The notes: generated from the sequence alone by a model not told the origin. A stretch of DNA of 64,000 bases from an uncultured Thiotrichales bacterium (GCA_964614535.1 CAZTOZ010000059.1:991-64990); one strand, 5' to 3'; shown: positions 28,208 through 40,243, counted from the stretch's first letter. Numbers and translations are program-made.

Positions 28208-30346
28208 ATGTACACAGACGATACTTCGCACGGCACGGTATTCGACGACCGCCAAATGCCCACGGCGACCAGTAACTACTGGATAGCCTGGGGCGCCTCC
28301 CTCCTGGTGGGAGGGCTGATCATCCAAACCCTCCACGACGTCGCCAATCACCAGCGACTCCACGCCTGGTACGCCACGCTGGCGGCACTCACCACCATCC
28401 GCCTGATCATCGGCATCCACATCAAGCGCCACCCTGAAGAACCCCACGCCCCGTTGTGGCTCAGGCTCTACGCCATCTTCGTGATACTGGTCGGGATCAC
28501 CTGGGGGATGACCAGCCCGCTGTTTTTCGTCGATGGCCGCCCAGAGTACAACCTGTTCCTGCTGATCGTCGGCATGGGAATCGTCTCCGTTTCGGTTGCG
28601 CTGCACAGCGCCTGGCTCTATGCCGCGTTCACGCAGCCAGTGATCCTCCCCTTCATCTACATGCTCGCCACCCACGGCGGACCGCTGGAAAAGGTGGTGG
28701 CGCTCCTGGCGATCATCTACGATGCCGTGCTACTGGTCACCGCGTTCAATTTCAACCGCATCGACAATGCCCTGCGCCGCGCCAAATTCGAGGCCGAAAG
28801 CGCCAACCAGGCCAAGTCGGAATTTCTCGCCAACATCAGCCACGAGATCCGCACCCCGCTCAACGCCATCATCGGCACCGGCTACCTGTTACAGAAAACC
28901 CACCTGTCGGCATTGCAAAAGGTCTATCTGCAGACACTCAACGCCTCGTCGCGCGCACTGCTGGGGCTGGTCAACAACATACTGGATCTGTCGAAGATCG
29001 AGGCGGGCAAGCTCGAACACCATGCCACCAACTTCGACCTCTCCTCCGTGCTGCGGGAGATTCGCGCCATTTTCGCCGTGGAGGCCCGGCAAAAAGGACT
29101 GACCCTCGAAGTGCGCGACGAACTGGGCGAGTACGCCCACCTCCATGGCGACCAGCAGGTCGTCTGCCAGATTCTCAACAACCTGGTGGGCAACGCCACC
29201 AAGTTCACCGACGACGGCGGCATCGAGATCCATGCCATCGCCAAACCGCGCAACGACGGCAAAATCGATATCCGCATCCATGTCCACGACAGCGGCGAGG
29301 GGATTCCGGAAGACCAGCAGCAGCAGATTTTCGCCTCCTTCGCCCAGGCCGACACCAGCACCACACGGCTCCACGGCGGCGCCGGGCTCGGCCTGACCAT
29401 CAGCCGCCATCTGGCCGAAAGCATCGGCGGCTCCCTGGCGCTCGACAGCACACCCGGGCATGGCAGCACATTCACTTTCAGCGCCACCTTCGACCCGGCG
29501 ACAGAGACGGTGACCAACCCCGCCGACGAGCTCGACACCCTCCCCGGGCGGTCGCTACAAGGTATTCATGTCATGCTGATCGAGGACGATCCGATCAATC
29601 AGCAGATCGCCGTCGGCCTGCTCCACGAGACGGGCGCCCGGGTCACGGTCGCCTCCGACGGCGCCAGCGCACTGGAACTGCTGCGCGAGGAGCGCCCCGA
29701 CGCCGTGCTGCTGGACATTCAGATGCCCGATATGGACGGCTATGCCACGACCACCGAAATCAGAAAGCTGCCGGGCTGCAAAGACCTGCCGGTGATCGCC
29801 ATGACCGCCCACGCCTTCAGCGACGCGCGCGCCAAGGCGATCGCCGCCGATATGAACGACTTTCTCACCAAACCGGTCGATCCGGCGGCACTGGTGCGGG
29901 TGATCTACCGCTGGGCGGGCAGCAAGCGCAAGCCACGGCCCATGGCGCCAACACCGCTGACCCCCGTTCCCGACACCGGCGACAAGAGACGACAGGCCGA
30001 CGTGCCGGCCGACTCGATACAGGAGACACGGCAATCGCTCCAGGCGGTGACCGACAGCCTGGGCGAAGCCGTATCGCGGGAACTGTTCACCAACACCGCC
30101 GACTCACTGCCACGAAAAATGGATCAGCTGGCAGAGGCGATCGCGGCAGAGTCGTGGGAAGAAGCCGCGCGCCTGGCCCACCAGCTCAAGGGCATGATGT
30201 TTATTTTCGGCAACTCCCGCATCCGGGAACTGCTCGAACAGATCAAAGCCATCCCTTGCGAAACCCTCGACTCACACCAGATCACCACCGAACTGCGCCA
30301 GGAAATCGATCGCTCGCTGGAGCTGATCCACGAAAAGTGCGGCTGA
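28208..30346 (+). CDS. Hybrid sensor histidine kinase (membrane domain, HisKA, HATPase, REC, Hpt)
   Basis: '[18 protein letters not shown]', '[14 protein letters not shown]', 'DSGEGI', 'GAGLGL', REC '[11 protein letters not shown]', Hpt 'LAHQLKG'. Confidence 0.93.
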   Translation: MYTDDTSHGTVFDDRQMPTATSNYWIAWGASLLVGGLIIQTLHDVANHQRLHAWYATLAALTTIRLIIGIHIKRHPEEPHAPLWLRLYAIFVILVGITWGMTSPLFFVDGRPEYNLFLLIVGMGIVSVSVALHSAWLYAAFTQPVILPFIYMLATHGGPLEKVVALLAIIYDAVLLVTAFNFNRIDNALRRAKFEAESANQAKSEFLANISHEIRTPLNAIIGTGYLLQKTHLSALQKVYLQTLNASSRALLGLVNNILDLSKIEAGKLEHHATNFDLSSVLREIRAIFAVEARQKGLTLEVRDELGEYAHLHGDQQVVCQILNNLVGNATKFTDDGGIEIHAIAKPRNDGKIDIRIHVHDSGEGIPEDQQQQIFASFAQADTSTTRLHGGAGLGLTISRHLAESIGGSLALDSTPGHGSTFTFSATFDPATETVTNPADELDTLPGRSLQGIHVMLIEDDPINQQIAVGLLHETGARVTVASDGASALELLREERPDAVLLDIQMPDMDGYATTTEIRKLPGCKDLPVIAMTAHAFSDARAKAIAADMNDFLTKPVDPAALVRVIYRWAGSKRKPRPMAPTPLTPVPDTGDKRRQADVPADSIQETRQSLQAVTDSLGEAVSRELFTNTADSLPRKMDQLAEAIAAESWEEAARLAHQLKGMMFIFGNSRIRELLEQIKAIPCETLDSHQITTELRQEIDRSLELIHEKCG

Positions 30347-30506
30347 CCCGGATATTTCACGATATCACCGACCGCAAGGCCCGACTGCACGGCACACGGT
30401 GAGGCGTCGGCACGGGACGTGCCCAGACACCGCCATGCGGTCAATGGGAAACCTTGCATGCCAAATAAAACATCCGGACCAACACCCCGCGCCTGCCCCA
30501 GCAAAG

Positions 30507-30535
30507 AAAAAGGCTCCGGAATCCGGAGCCTTTTT
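30507..30535. terminator. Bidirectional intrinsic terminator between convergent genes
   Basis: AAAAAGGCTCCGG-AAT-CCGGAGCCTTTTT. Confidence 0.85.
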
Positions 30536-30565
30536 GGTATTGCGCCAATATGACGGGAAATTGCG

Positions 30566-30979
30566 CTATTTTGCGCCCTTGAGTTTCTTGGCTGCCTTGT
30601 CCTTGGCGCTCTTCTTGGCCTTGTCGGCTTTCGACTTTGCCTTTTCCTTGGCTTTTTTCTTCATCTTGTCGGCCTTGTCCTTCGACTTCTTCTTGGCCTT
30701 GTCAGCCATTTTCGGCTTCTTGTCCTTCATTTTCGCCTTGGCCTTGTCGGCGCTCTTGGTGGCTTTCTGCTTGACACCTCCGGCCGCCTTGCCGGGCTTG
30801 GCGCGGCAGTAGCCACTGACCTTGTTGCCGGTCTTGGTCTTGTAGCTGTCGACCCAGGTGCATCCGCCGCCACATTTGTTCTTGCTCAAACCTTTGCAGG
30901 CCGAGGCTGCATGAGCCGACGCTCCAAACGCCAGCGCAACGGCGACAGCCAGTGAACTCAATACAACTTTTACTCGCAT
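30566..30979 (-). CDS. Secreted small protein: 4-Cys domain plus Lys/Ala-rich histone-H1-like tail
   Basis: Signal peptide ending AHA; CKGLSKNKCGGGCTWVDSY...YCR; KAKAK-type low-complexity tail; GAGG RBS; terminator downstream. Confidence 0.75.
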   Translation of the reverse strand: MRVKVVLSSLAVAVALAFGASAHAASACKGLSKNKCGGGCTWVDSYKTKTGNKVSGYCRAKPGKAAGGVKQKATKSADKAKAKMKDKKPKMADKAKKKSKDKADKMKKKAKEKAKSKADKAKKSAKDKAAKKLKGAK

Positions 30980-31093
30980 TTCAATACCTCTCTACGCTTG
31001 AATGACGGCAGCAATCCCTGCCCGACGCTTCGATGCTAACACGATCAATGGGTTACGCAATCGCGATTTTACCCCGTGTAACAATACGCCGGT

Positions 31094-32782
31094 TCAATGG
31101 AGCACCGCAGGCTCGCCGATACCTCGGGGATCACTGGCCGCCTCGGTTTTTCCGCTGCGCCGGTCCACAATGACGATCTGCATATTGCCGTAGTCACGCG
31201 CCAACCGTTCGATACGGTGGCCCTTTTTCTCCAGGCCACGCATCACGGCGGCCGACAACGCCCCCGGCTCGACCTCTATCCGGTCGGGCAGATACTGGTG
31301 GTGAAACCGCGGCATGGCGACGATCTCCTCGGCCGATGCCGACCGTTCAAACGCCAGCGCCGCCAACAGCACCATGGTGATGATCCGGCTACCACCCGGC
31401 GTACCGAGCACGGCGATGCGATCATCGGTTTCGAGAAAGACCGGCGTCATCGACGACAACATCCGCTTGCCCGGTTCAATGGCATTGGCACGCGCTCCGA
31501 CCAGCCCGTAGACATTGGGCGTGCCCGGGCGGGCGGCAAAATCGTCCATTTCGTCATTGAGCAATACGCCGGTACCGTCGGCGACGAACCCCGAACCGAA
31601 CGGATAGTTGATCGACAGGGTCGCCGCGACCCGATTGCCGTCGGCATCGACGATGGAGAAATGGGTGGTGTGACGGCCAACGCCATCGCGCGTCACCGTC
31701 GGCGCCAGCATGGCGCTGGGCGTGGCCTTGTCGGGGTTGATCGACTGGCGCAGACCGGCGGCATAGCGTTTGTCGAGCAACATCGCCTGAGGTACCTCGA
31801 CAAAATCGCCATCCCCCAGATATTCGGCACGATCTCGATAGGCCCGTCGCATCGCCTCGACGATGTGATGGACCCGCGCCACCGCCTCCATCTCGTCGAG
31901 GTGATAGTCTTCGAGCAGGTTGAGCATCTCCATCAGGACGATCCCGCCCGATGACGGCAATGCCGCGGCGACGACCTTCATGCCGCGGTAGTCACCCACG
32001 ACCGGACGACGCTCGACGATGCGGTATTGGCGCAGATCGTCGAGCCGCCAGATGCCGCCATTCTTCCTCACCGCCTCGACCAGCCTGGCGGCGATCTCGC
32101 CCTCGTAGAAGCCGGCCCGCCCCTCGGCAGCGAGGCGCCGCAGCGTGGCCGCAAGATCGCGCTGAACGATACGGTCGCCTGTTGCCGGGATACGGCCAGC
32201 GGGAAGAAACACGGCCGCGGCGGCCGGCGACGCTTCGATGGCGGCACGGCGGAAGCCGAGCAGCCGCCGGTAGATCTCGTCTACCGCGAACCCCTGCTCC
32301 GCCAGACGAATCGCCGGCGCCAGCGTCACCTTCAACGGCAGCCGGCCATAACGCCGGGCGATGTGCGCCAGCGCCGCCGGCTCGCCCGGAATACCGGCCG
32401 CCAGCGGGCCGTCGATCGAGGCGCGGGGAACCAGCTCGCCCGCCTCGTCGAGGTACATGTCGGCGCGGGCCGCCAACGGCGCCTTTTCGCGTCCGTCGAT
32501 CATCACCTCGAGGCCGTCGCTGGCACGGTGCAGCAGCCAGAACCCGCCACCCCCCAACCCCGACGAATAGGGCTCGACCACGGCAAGCGCGGCGCTGACG
32601 GCCACGGCGGCATCGAAGGCGTTGCCGCCCCGACGGAGAATCTCCATGCCGGCGGCGGTCGCCAGCGGATGGGCGCTGGCAATGGCCGGTCGTGGCCCCG
32701 CCTGAGCGCCGCCAATGCCGAAGGCAAAGACAAAAAAGGCTCCCAGTAGGAGCCTTTTGAACGACTTGCCGAAACGGGACAA
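31094..32782 (-). CDS. ggt: Gamma-glutamyltransferase
   Basis: 'AIASAHPLATAAG...GGNAFDAA', 'EPYSSGLGGGGF', autocleavage 'HTTHFSIVD', 'GVLLNDEMDDF', 'LSSMTP'. Confidence 0.96.
   Translation of the reverse strand: MSRFGKSFKRLLLGAFFVFAFGIGGAQAGPRPAIASAHPLATAAGMEILRRGGNAFDAAVAVSAALAVVEPYSSGLGGGGFWLLHRASDGLEVMIDGREKAPLAARADMYLDEAGELVPRASIDGPLAAGIPGEPAALAHIARRYGRLPLKVTLAPAIRLAEQGFAVDEIYRRLLGFRRAAIEASPAAAAVFLPAGRIPATGDRIVQRDLAATLRRLAAEGRAGFYEGEIAARLVEAVRKNGGIWRLDDLRQYRIVERRPVVGDYRGMKVVAAALPSSGGIVLMEMLNLLEDYHLDEMEAVARVHHIVEAMRRAYRDRAEYLGDGDFVEVPQAMLLDKRYAAGLRQSINPDKATPSAMLAPTVTRDGVGRHTTHFSIVDADGNRVAATLSINYPFGSGFVADGTGVLLNDEMDDFAARPGTPNVYGLVGARANAIEPGKRMLSSMTPVFLETDDRIAVLGTPGGSRIITMVLLAALAFERSASAEEIVAMPRFHHQYLPDRIEVEPGALSAAVMRGLEKKGHRIERLARDYGNMQIVIVDRRSGKTEAASDPRGIGEPAVLH
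32732..32758 (-). terminator. Terminator-like hairpin 30 bp downstream of fdx, inside ggt 5' coding region
   Basis: Minus strand AAAAGGCTCC-TACTG-GGAGCCTTTTTT. Confidence 0.5.
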
Positions 32783-32786
32783 GCGA

Positions 32787-33050
<264 letters not shown>

Positions 33051-33121
33051 TCAAATTTGGGCGCAACGATACTACCTTTCGGGCCACAAGGTGAATGACG
33101 GATCGCAAATCCGCAGGCTGG

Positions 33122-34206
<1,085 letters not shown>

Positions 34207-34229
<23 letters not shown>

Positions 34230-35553
34230 CGACGATCACCGTGACCATTTTGCCCGGATGGACGTGCTTTCTGAACGCCGCGACGATCTGTTCGCCGTCG
34301 ACCGCCTCGATCTGCCGGGTGAAGGTATCGAGATAGTCCAATGGCAGATGGTAGAAGCCGATCAGGGCCAGATACTGGACGATGTCGGCGTTGCTGGCGA
34401 TACGCAGCGGGAAACCGCCGGTGATGTTCTTTTTCGCGGCGTCGATCTCGTCGGCGGAGGGCCCGTCGGCGAGAAAGGCCGCGATCGTCTCACGGCCCAC
34501 TTGCACCGCGTCGTCCACTTGGCTGCCGCGGGTCTGCATCGCCACCTGGAACGGCCCCGGTGCCGCCATCGGCAGAAAATAGCTGTAGACCGAATAGGCG
34601 TAGCCCCGCTCGACCCGCACCGCCTTGACCAAGCGCGAGGTGAAGCCACCACCACCGAGTATGTGATTGCCGAGATAGAGCGCATGGTAGTCGGGGTTGC
34701 CACGCTCGATGCCCGGCTGCCCCATGTAGACATGGGCCTGCCGCGATGGGAACGGAATGCGGATCTCCCGCGACTCGGCCAACGGCGGTACCGGCGGCGT
34801 CGGTGGCGCCGCCTTGCCGGCCGGCAGGCCGGCACCGAGCCGCTCGGCCAACTTTTCCGCCTCGGCACGATCGAGGTCGCCGGTGATCGCCAATACCCCA
34901 TTGGCGGCAACGAAATGGCGACGATGAAAGGCTTCGAGATCGGCCACCGTGAGCTTCTCCACCGACGCCTTCGTCCCCTCCACCGGATGACCATAGGGGT
35001 GGTCACCGTAGAGCGCCTGGTAGAACGCCTTGCTGGCGATCTTGCCGGGACTGGCCTCTGCCGCCTTGATGCCGAGCAACACCTGATTGCGGGTCCGCTC
35101 GAAATCGGCCGCCGGAAAGTCGGGCGACCACAGCACCTTGGTAAAGGCGTCCAGTGCCGGCTCCAGGTAATCGGGATCGGAGAGCGTGCGTAAGGAGAGC
35201 CAGGACATATCACGCAGCGCGCCAGTGCCGACATGGGCACCGACATCCTCGAAGGCCTGGGCGATCGCGTCGGCGGAGAGCCCCCCGGCACCCTGGGTGA
35301 GCATGCGGCTGGTCAGCGAGGCGATGCCGGGCCGGTCACCGTCACGGGCACTGCCGGCAGCGAAGGTGATGCGGATGTCGATCATCGGCAGCTCGGGCGC
35401 CGGCACGAAATAGACCCGCAACCCGTTCTTCGTCACCCAGTGCTCGATGGCGGGGCCGGCCAATACCGGCTGGACGGCGGCCAGCAGCAGAAGCGCCAGC
35501 AGGGGGCGCGCCCACCACCGCGCGAAGTGGCGGAGGGGATGGCTAGCTTTCAT
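34207..35553 (-). CDS. M16-family peptidase, non-catalytic subunit
   Basis: M16 fold motifs ('ELPMIDIRITFAAGSARD', 'GGGFTSRL...RVERGYAYSV') but no HxxEH. Confidence 0.88.
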
Positions 35554-36907
35554 CGACCGGCTCCTTTTTCATCGACTGCGCCTCGACCGTCTCCGGCACC
35601 AGCACCGCCACGGTGCGATGCCGGTCGATCAGGTATTTCCTCGCCACCTCGAGCACCTGCTCGGCGGTGACGGCCTTGATCTTCTCCGGGTAGTCGTCCA
35701 TCAGCCGCCAGCCCAGGCCAATCGTCTCCAACGCACCGATCTGGGTCGCCAACTGCTGCACCGAATCGAGTTCATAGACCTTGGCGGCGATGACCTGCGC
35801 CTTGACGCGCTGGAGCTCGGCCTCGCTGGCCGGCTCCCGCTTGAGTTTCTCGATCTGGGCATAGAGCGCCTGCTCCACCTCGTCGATGCTGTGCTCTTCG
35901 GTGGGGTTGGCGTCGAGCATGAACAGCGTCTGGTACTTGGCGGTGAGGTTGTAGCCGGCCGACGCCGCGGCGGCGATCTCCTGGCCACGCACCAGCTCCC
36001 GCGCCAGCCGGGCGCTGGCGCCGCCGTCGAGGATCCCGGCGAGCACGTCGAGCGCATAAGGTTCCCACGGCTGTTCGGCGGTTTTCAGCGACGGCACCGG
36101 GTAGCCGACGATGACATAGGGCACCTTGGCCGGCGCATGGACGCGGATGCGGCGCTCGCCACGCTGGGTCGGTTCGCCCCGCGGCTTGACCACCGGCGGC
36201 TCGCTCGGCTTCAGCTTGCCGAAATATTTTTTCGCCAGCGCGAAGATGGCATCGGGATCGACGTCACCGACCACCACCAACGTGGCATTGTTGGGGGCGT
36301 ACCAGGTCTGGTACCAGCGGCGCAGGTCATCGACCGTCAACGCCTCCAGATCCTCGTCCCAGCCGATGACCGGATTGCGGTAGGGGCCGTTGAGATAGGC
36401 CACCGCGTTGAAACGTTCATAGGTGAGCGCCTCTGGCTTGTCCTCGGTACGCATGAAGCGCTCCTCGCGCACCACCTGACGCTCCTTCTGGAACTCGGCT
36501 TCCGGCAACAGCAGGTTCCGCATCCGGTCGGCCTCCAGCTCGAAGGCGATCTCCAGCCGGTCACTGCCCATGAACTGGTAGTAGGCGGTGTAGTCACGGC
36601 CGGTGAAGGCATTCTCCTCGCCACCGTTGGCGGCGATGATGTCGGAGAAGCGCCCGGCCGGATAGGCCTTGGTCCCCTTGAACATCATGTGTTCGAGCAC
36701 GTGGGAGATGCCGGTGATGCCGTTGTGCTCGTCACTGGAGCCAACCTTGTACCACACCTGCGATACCGCCACCGGCGCGCGGTGATCGGGCTTGACCAGC
36801 ACCTTCATGCCGTTTTCCAGCCGGTAGCTCTTCACCGCCTCGGCCGCCTGCGGCGCCGTCAGCGAAAATGCGCCCAGCAGCACGATGAACGTTACGATCC
36901 TTTTCAC
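35543..36907 (-). CDS. M16-family zinc peptidase, catalytic subunit
   Basis: 'WYKVGSSDE...GISHVLEHMMFKGT' (HxxEH), 'YAPNNATLVVVGD'. Confidence 0.93.
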   Translation of the reverse strand: MKRIVTFIVLLGAFSLTAPQAAEAVKSYRLENGMKVLVKPDHRAPVAVSQVWYKVGSSDEHNGITGISHVLEHMMFKGTKAYPAGRFSDIIAANGGEENAFTGRDYTAYYQFMGSDRLEIAFELEADRMRNLLLPEAEFQKERQVVREERFMRTEDKPEALTYERFNAVAYLNGPYRNPVIGWDEDLEALTVDDLRRWYQTWYAPNNATLVVVGDVDPDAIFALAKKYFGKLKPSEPPVVKPRGEPTQRGERRIRVHAPAKVPYVIVGYPVPSLKTAEQPWEPYALDVLAGILDGGASARLARELVRGQEIAAAASAGYNLTAKYQTLFMLDANPTEEHSIDEVEQALYAQIEKLKREPASEAELQRVKAQVIAAKVYELDSVQQLATQIGALETIGLGWRLMDDYPEKIKAVTAEQVLEVARKYLIDRHRTVAVLVPETVEAQSMKKEPVDES

Positions 36908-37082
36908 TTTGGATTGCCTCTCAAATCGTCAATACCCCGTTGGCCTGGCGGGGTGCGGCCCCACCCCGTCGATCGCCGGGCGGTAATGAGTTCTGCCCCG
37001 CCGGGTGCTAGCATTACGCGCTATCGAAAAACGCCCCGAGGAGACCGCCAACGGGCCTCGCAGCCACTAGAGTAAAGCACAG

Positions 37083-38069
37083 ATGTTCGGTTTCAAGAGA
37101 AAGCGCAAGCAAGATGAACAAACCGTCAAGACGCCAGACGAAAGCGGCAAGGGGCTGTTTGGCCGGCTGAAATCCGGGCTGGCCAAGACCGGCAGCACGC
37201 TGACCGGCGGCATGGGCAGGCTGCTGGGCCGCAAGAAGATCGACGACGAGCTGTTCGAAGAGCTGGAGAACCGGCTGTTGATGGCCGATGTCGGCATCGA
37301 GGCGACCACCCGGATCATCGATGCGCTCACGGCCCGGGTCAGGCGCAAGCAGCTCGACGATGCCGAGCACCTCTATCAGGCGCTGGGGGAGATCATGGTG
37401 GAGATTCTCGAACCGGTGGCCCGGCCGTTGCAACCCGATACCGGCGCCAAACCCTTCGTCATTCTGGTCGTCGGCATCAACGGCGCCGGCAAGACCACCT
37501 CGATCGGCAAGCTGGCGCACCATTTCAGGCAGCAGGGCAAGCAGGTCATGCTGGCCGCCGGCGACACCTTTCGCGCCGCGGCGGTGGAGCAGCTGCAGAT
37601 CTGGGGCGAGCGCAACGACGTTCCCGTCATCGCCCAGGGCACCGGTGCCGACAGCGCTTCAGTGATCTTCGACGCGCTGCAATCGGCCAAGGCGCGGAGC
37701 ATCGACGTATTGATCGCCGATACCGCCGGCCGCCTCCACACCCAGGGCAATCTGATGGAGGAGCTGAAGAAGATCAAGCGCGTCATGGGCAAGCTGGACG
37801 AGGACGCCCCGCAGGAGACGCTGCTGGTGGTCGATGGCGGCACCGGCCAGAACGCGCTGCGCCAGGCCGAGGCCTTCGACGAAGCCATCGGCCTCACCGG
37901 GCTGGCGATCACCAAGCTCGACGGCACTGCCAAGGGCGGCATCGTCTTTGCACTGGCGGAGAAGACCGGCCTGCCGATCCGCTTCATCGGTGTCGGCGAG
38001 AAGATCGAGGACCTGCGCCCCTTCGATGCCGGCGAGTTCGTCGAGGCGCTGCTGGCCACCGACGCATGA
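37083..38069 (+). CDS. ftsY: Signal recognition particle receptor (short form)
   Basis: 'GINGAGKTTSIGKL', 'DTFRAAAVEQL', 'DTAGRL', 'TKLDGTAKGG'. Confidence 0.97.
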   Translation: MFGFKRKRKQDEQTVKTPDESGKGLFGRLKSGLAKTGSTLTGGMGRLLGRKKIDDELFEELENRLLMADVGIEATTRIIDALTARVRRKQLDDAEHLYQALGEIMVEILEPVARPLQPDTGAKPFVILVVGINGAGKTTSIGKLAHHFRQQGKQVMLAAGDTFRAAAVEQLQIWGERNDVPVIAQGTGADSASVIFDALQSAKARSIDVLIADTAGRLHTQGNLMEELKKIKRVMGKLDEDAPQETLLVVDGGTGQNALRQAEAFDEAIGLTGLAITKLDGTAKGGIVFALAEKTGLPIRFIGVGEKIEDLRPFDAGEFVEALLATDA

Positions 38070-38749
38070 GCAGAACACCGATCATCGAATGCCGACACCT
38101 CGGCAAGCGCTATCCAGGCAGTCAGGAAGCGCTGCTGGACATCAACCTGCGCATCGAGCGCGGCGAGATGGTTTTTCTCACCGGCCATTCCGGCGCCGGC
38201 AAGAGCACGCTGCTGAAGCTGATTGCGATGATCGAGCGGCCAACCCGCGGCAGCCTGCGGATCAACGGCCATGAAATGACCCGGCTGCCGGACATCGGCA
38301 TTCCCCGCTACCGGCAGAAGCTGGGCATCATCTTTCAGGATCACCGCCTGCTGACCGACCGTAACGTCTATGAAAACGTCGCCCTGCCGCTGCGCATCAC
38401 CGGGCTGGACGAAAAGACGATTGCACGCCGGGTGCGCGCCGCACTGGACAAGGTGGGGCTGCTCAAGCGCGAGCTGAGCAATCCGCAGGCACTGTCGGCG
38501 GGCCAGCAACAGCGCGTCGGCATCGCCCGCGCCGTGGTCAACCGGCCGGCGATCCTGCTCGCCGACGAGCCCACCGGCAACCTGGACCCCGATCTCTCCA
38601 CCGAGATCATGAAGCTGTTCGTCGATTTCAACGAGGTGGGCGTCACCGTGTTGATCGCCACCCACGACTACTCGCTGATCGAACAGTTCACCAGACGGAC
38701 GATCATGCTCGACAAGGGGCAGCTGAAGGCGGAGTACGTACCGGCATGA
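38066..38749 (+). CDS. ftsE: Cell division ATP-binding protein
   Basis: 'FLTGHSGAGKSTLLKLI', 'IFQDHRLL', 'LADEPTGNLD'. Confidence 0.96.
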   Translation: MSRTPIIECRHLGKRYPGSQEALLDINLRIERGEMVFLTGHSGAGKSTLLKLIAMIERPTRGSLRINGHEMTRLPDIGIPRYRQKLGIIFQDHRLLTDRNVYENVALPLRITGLDEKTIARRVRAALDKVGLLKRELSNPQALSAGQQQRVGIARAVVNRPAILLADEPTGNLDPDLSTEIMKLFVDFNEVGVTVLIATHDYSLIEQFTRRTIMLDKGQLKAEYVPA

Positions 38750-39699
38750 AACACCTCCCGTCACTCCACTTGCCCCGCTTCTCACGAACCGCCTTCAACG
38801 CCTGGCTGCATCAACACCGCCAGGCATTGCAGACCGCCATCGGCCACATCCTGGCCTCACCGCTGGGAACGTTGCTGACGGTGCTGGCCATTGCCATTGC
38901 GCTGGCGCTGCCCAATGCCCTGTTTCTGACGATCGACACACTGGGCACGGCGCTGGGGAACCAGAACGCACGCCAGATCAGCGCTTTCATGAAACTCTCG
39001 GTCGATGGCCGTGAACTTCACACCATCGCCGCCGAGCTGGAGAAGGATCCTCTGATCGAGCGCGTCGAGGTGATTGGCCGGCAGGAATCGCTGCAACGGT
39101 TCCGCGACAGCAGCGGGATGGAGGATCTGCTGGATCTGCTGCCCACCAATCCGCTGCCGGCGGTTCTGATCATCCACCCCCGGGAAACAGTGGACGAGAT
39201 GGACTCGCTGGAGCGGCTGGCAATGAAGATCGAGGCCCGCACCACGGTCGAGCAGGTCGTCCTCGACCGTGAGTGGATGGGGACACTCTTCTCCACCGTG
39301 GCGGCTTTCAAACGCTTCTCGCTGCTGATGACACTGCTGTTCGCGCTGCTGGTGGGGCTGGTGATCCACAACGGTCTGCGCATCGACGTGCTGGAACACC
39401 GCCATGAGATCGAGGTCATCAAGCTGGTGGGGGGCAGCGACCACTACATCCAGCGCCCGTTCCACTACCACGCCGTCATCGTCGGCGCCGCCGGCGGCCT
39501 GCTGGCCGCCCTCTTCATCGCCCTCCTCTTTGCCATCCTGCAACCCCGCTTCGACGAACTGGGCGCCGCCTACGGCGTCGAATTGCCACTGCGGGTGGGC
39601 GCCGGCTTTGCGCTGACGCTGGTGCTGCTGGCCACCATCCTCAGCCTGCTCTCCTCCCGCATCACCCTGGGCGCGCTGCTGAAGAGGATTCAGCCATAG
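38746..39699 (+). CDS. ftsX: Cell division permease
   Basis: 'TVLAIAIALALP', 'NPLPAVL', 'EIEVIKLVGG...IQRPF'; follows ftsE. Confidence 0.93.
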   Translation: MKHLPSLHLPRFSRTAFNAWLHQHRQALQTAIGHILASPLGTLLTVLAIAIALALPNALFLTIDTLGTALGNQNARQISAFMKLSVDGRELHTIAAELEKDPLIERVEVIGRQESLQRFRDSSGMEDLLDLLPTNPLPAVLIIHPRETVDEMDSLERLAMKIEARTTVEQVVLDREWMGTLFSTVAAFKRFSLLMTLLFALLVGLVIHNGLRIDVLEHRHEIEVIKLVGGSDHYIQRPFHYHAVIVGAAGGLLAALFIALLFAILQPRFDELGAAYGVELPLRVGAGFALTLVLLATILSLLSSRITLGALLKRIQP

Positions 39700-39794
39700 C
39701 ACGGGGTGAAGCCGGTATCAAAACCACTGGCGCCCCCTTTATCACGCGCACGAGGGGGAGTAGGATGGCGAGACATTAGTTCACTATTTACGTA

Positions 39795-40205
39795 ATGCTT
39801 CAGACCGTTCTGATCGTCGACAGCTCACGAGCCGCCCGCAAGATGCTTGAGCTCAAACTCAAGGCGCAGGGCGTCGAGGTCATTCACGCCGCCAGCGCCA
39901 ACCAGGCGCTCGCCAAGCTCCATCGTCACGAAATCTCGCTGATCACGACGGCAAAGGCGTTGCCGGACGAGAACTGCGAGGCTTTCATCGCCGAGATCCG
40001 CAAGACCCCCGGCTTCGAGGAGACGCCGATCATCGTCCTCACCGGCGACGAGGTGGACGAATCCAGCTTCGACCCCGAGCTCGGCATCCGCCGTATCTGT
40101 CAGAAGTCCGAGGGCATCGGCCCATTGACCGACTGCATTCTCGAAACCCTGGCGGAATCCCCCGAGGCGTCGCAGATCCTGCGCAACTTCATGCCGATAA
40201 TTTGA
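39795..40205 (+). CDS. Stand-alone receiver-like protein lacking the phospho-Asp
   Basis: 'VLIVDSS', 'LITTAKALP' (Ala where Asp expected), 'PIIVLTG', 'ICQKS'. Confidence 0.75.
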   Translation: MLQTVLIVDSSRAARKMLELKLKAQGVEVIHAASANQALAKLHRHEISLITTAKALPDENCEAFIAEIRKTPGFEETPIIVLTGDEVDESSFDPELGIRRICQKSEGIGPLTDCILETLAESPEASQILRNFMPII

Positions 40206-40231
40206 CTTTTATCAAACATTTAGCCGAGAAT
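40202..40231 (+). promoter_or_regulatory. Candidate sigma70 promoter of rpoH
   Basis: TTGACT-N18-GAGAAT immediately upstream of the CIRCE. Confidence 0.5.
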
Positions 40232-40243
40232 TGCGGTCAATTG

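Noticed and set aside
27933-28208. Short ORF upstream of the hybrid kinase as a possible frameshifted N-terminus
   Set aside because: No hydrophobic or sensor-like sequence, overlaps mutM; kinase frame is closed by TGA at 28145, so no evidence for a split gene
30570-30780. Tandem-like CTTGGCCTTGTC repeats
   Set aside because: Explained by Lys/Ala/Asp codons of the low-complexity tail; no spacers, not CRISPR
37083-38069. FtsY lacking the acidic A domain
   Set aside because: Short FtsY forms are common outside enterobacteria
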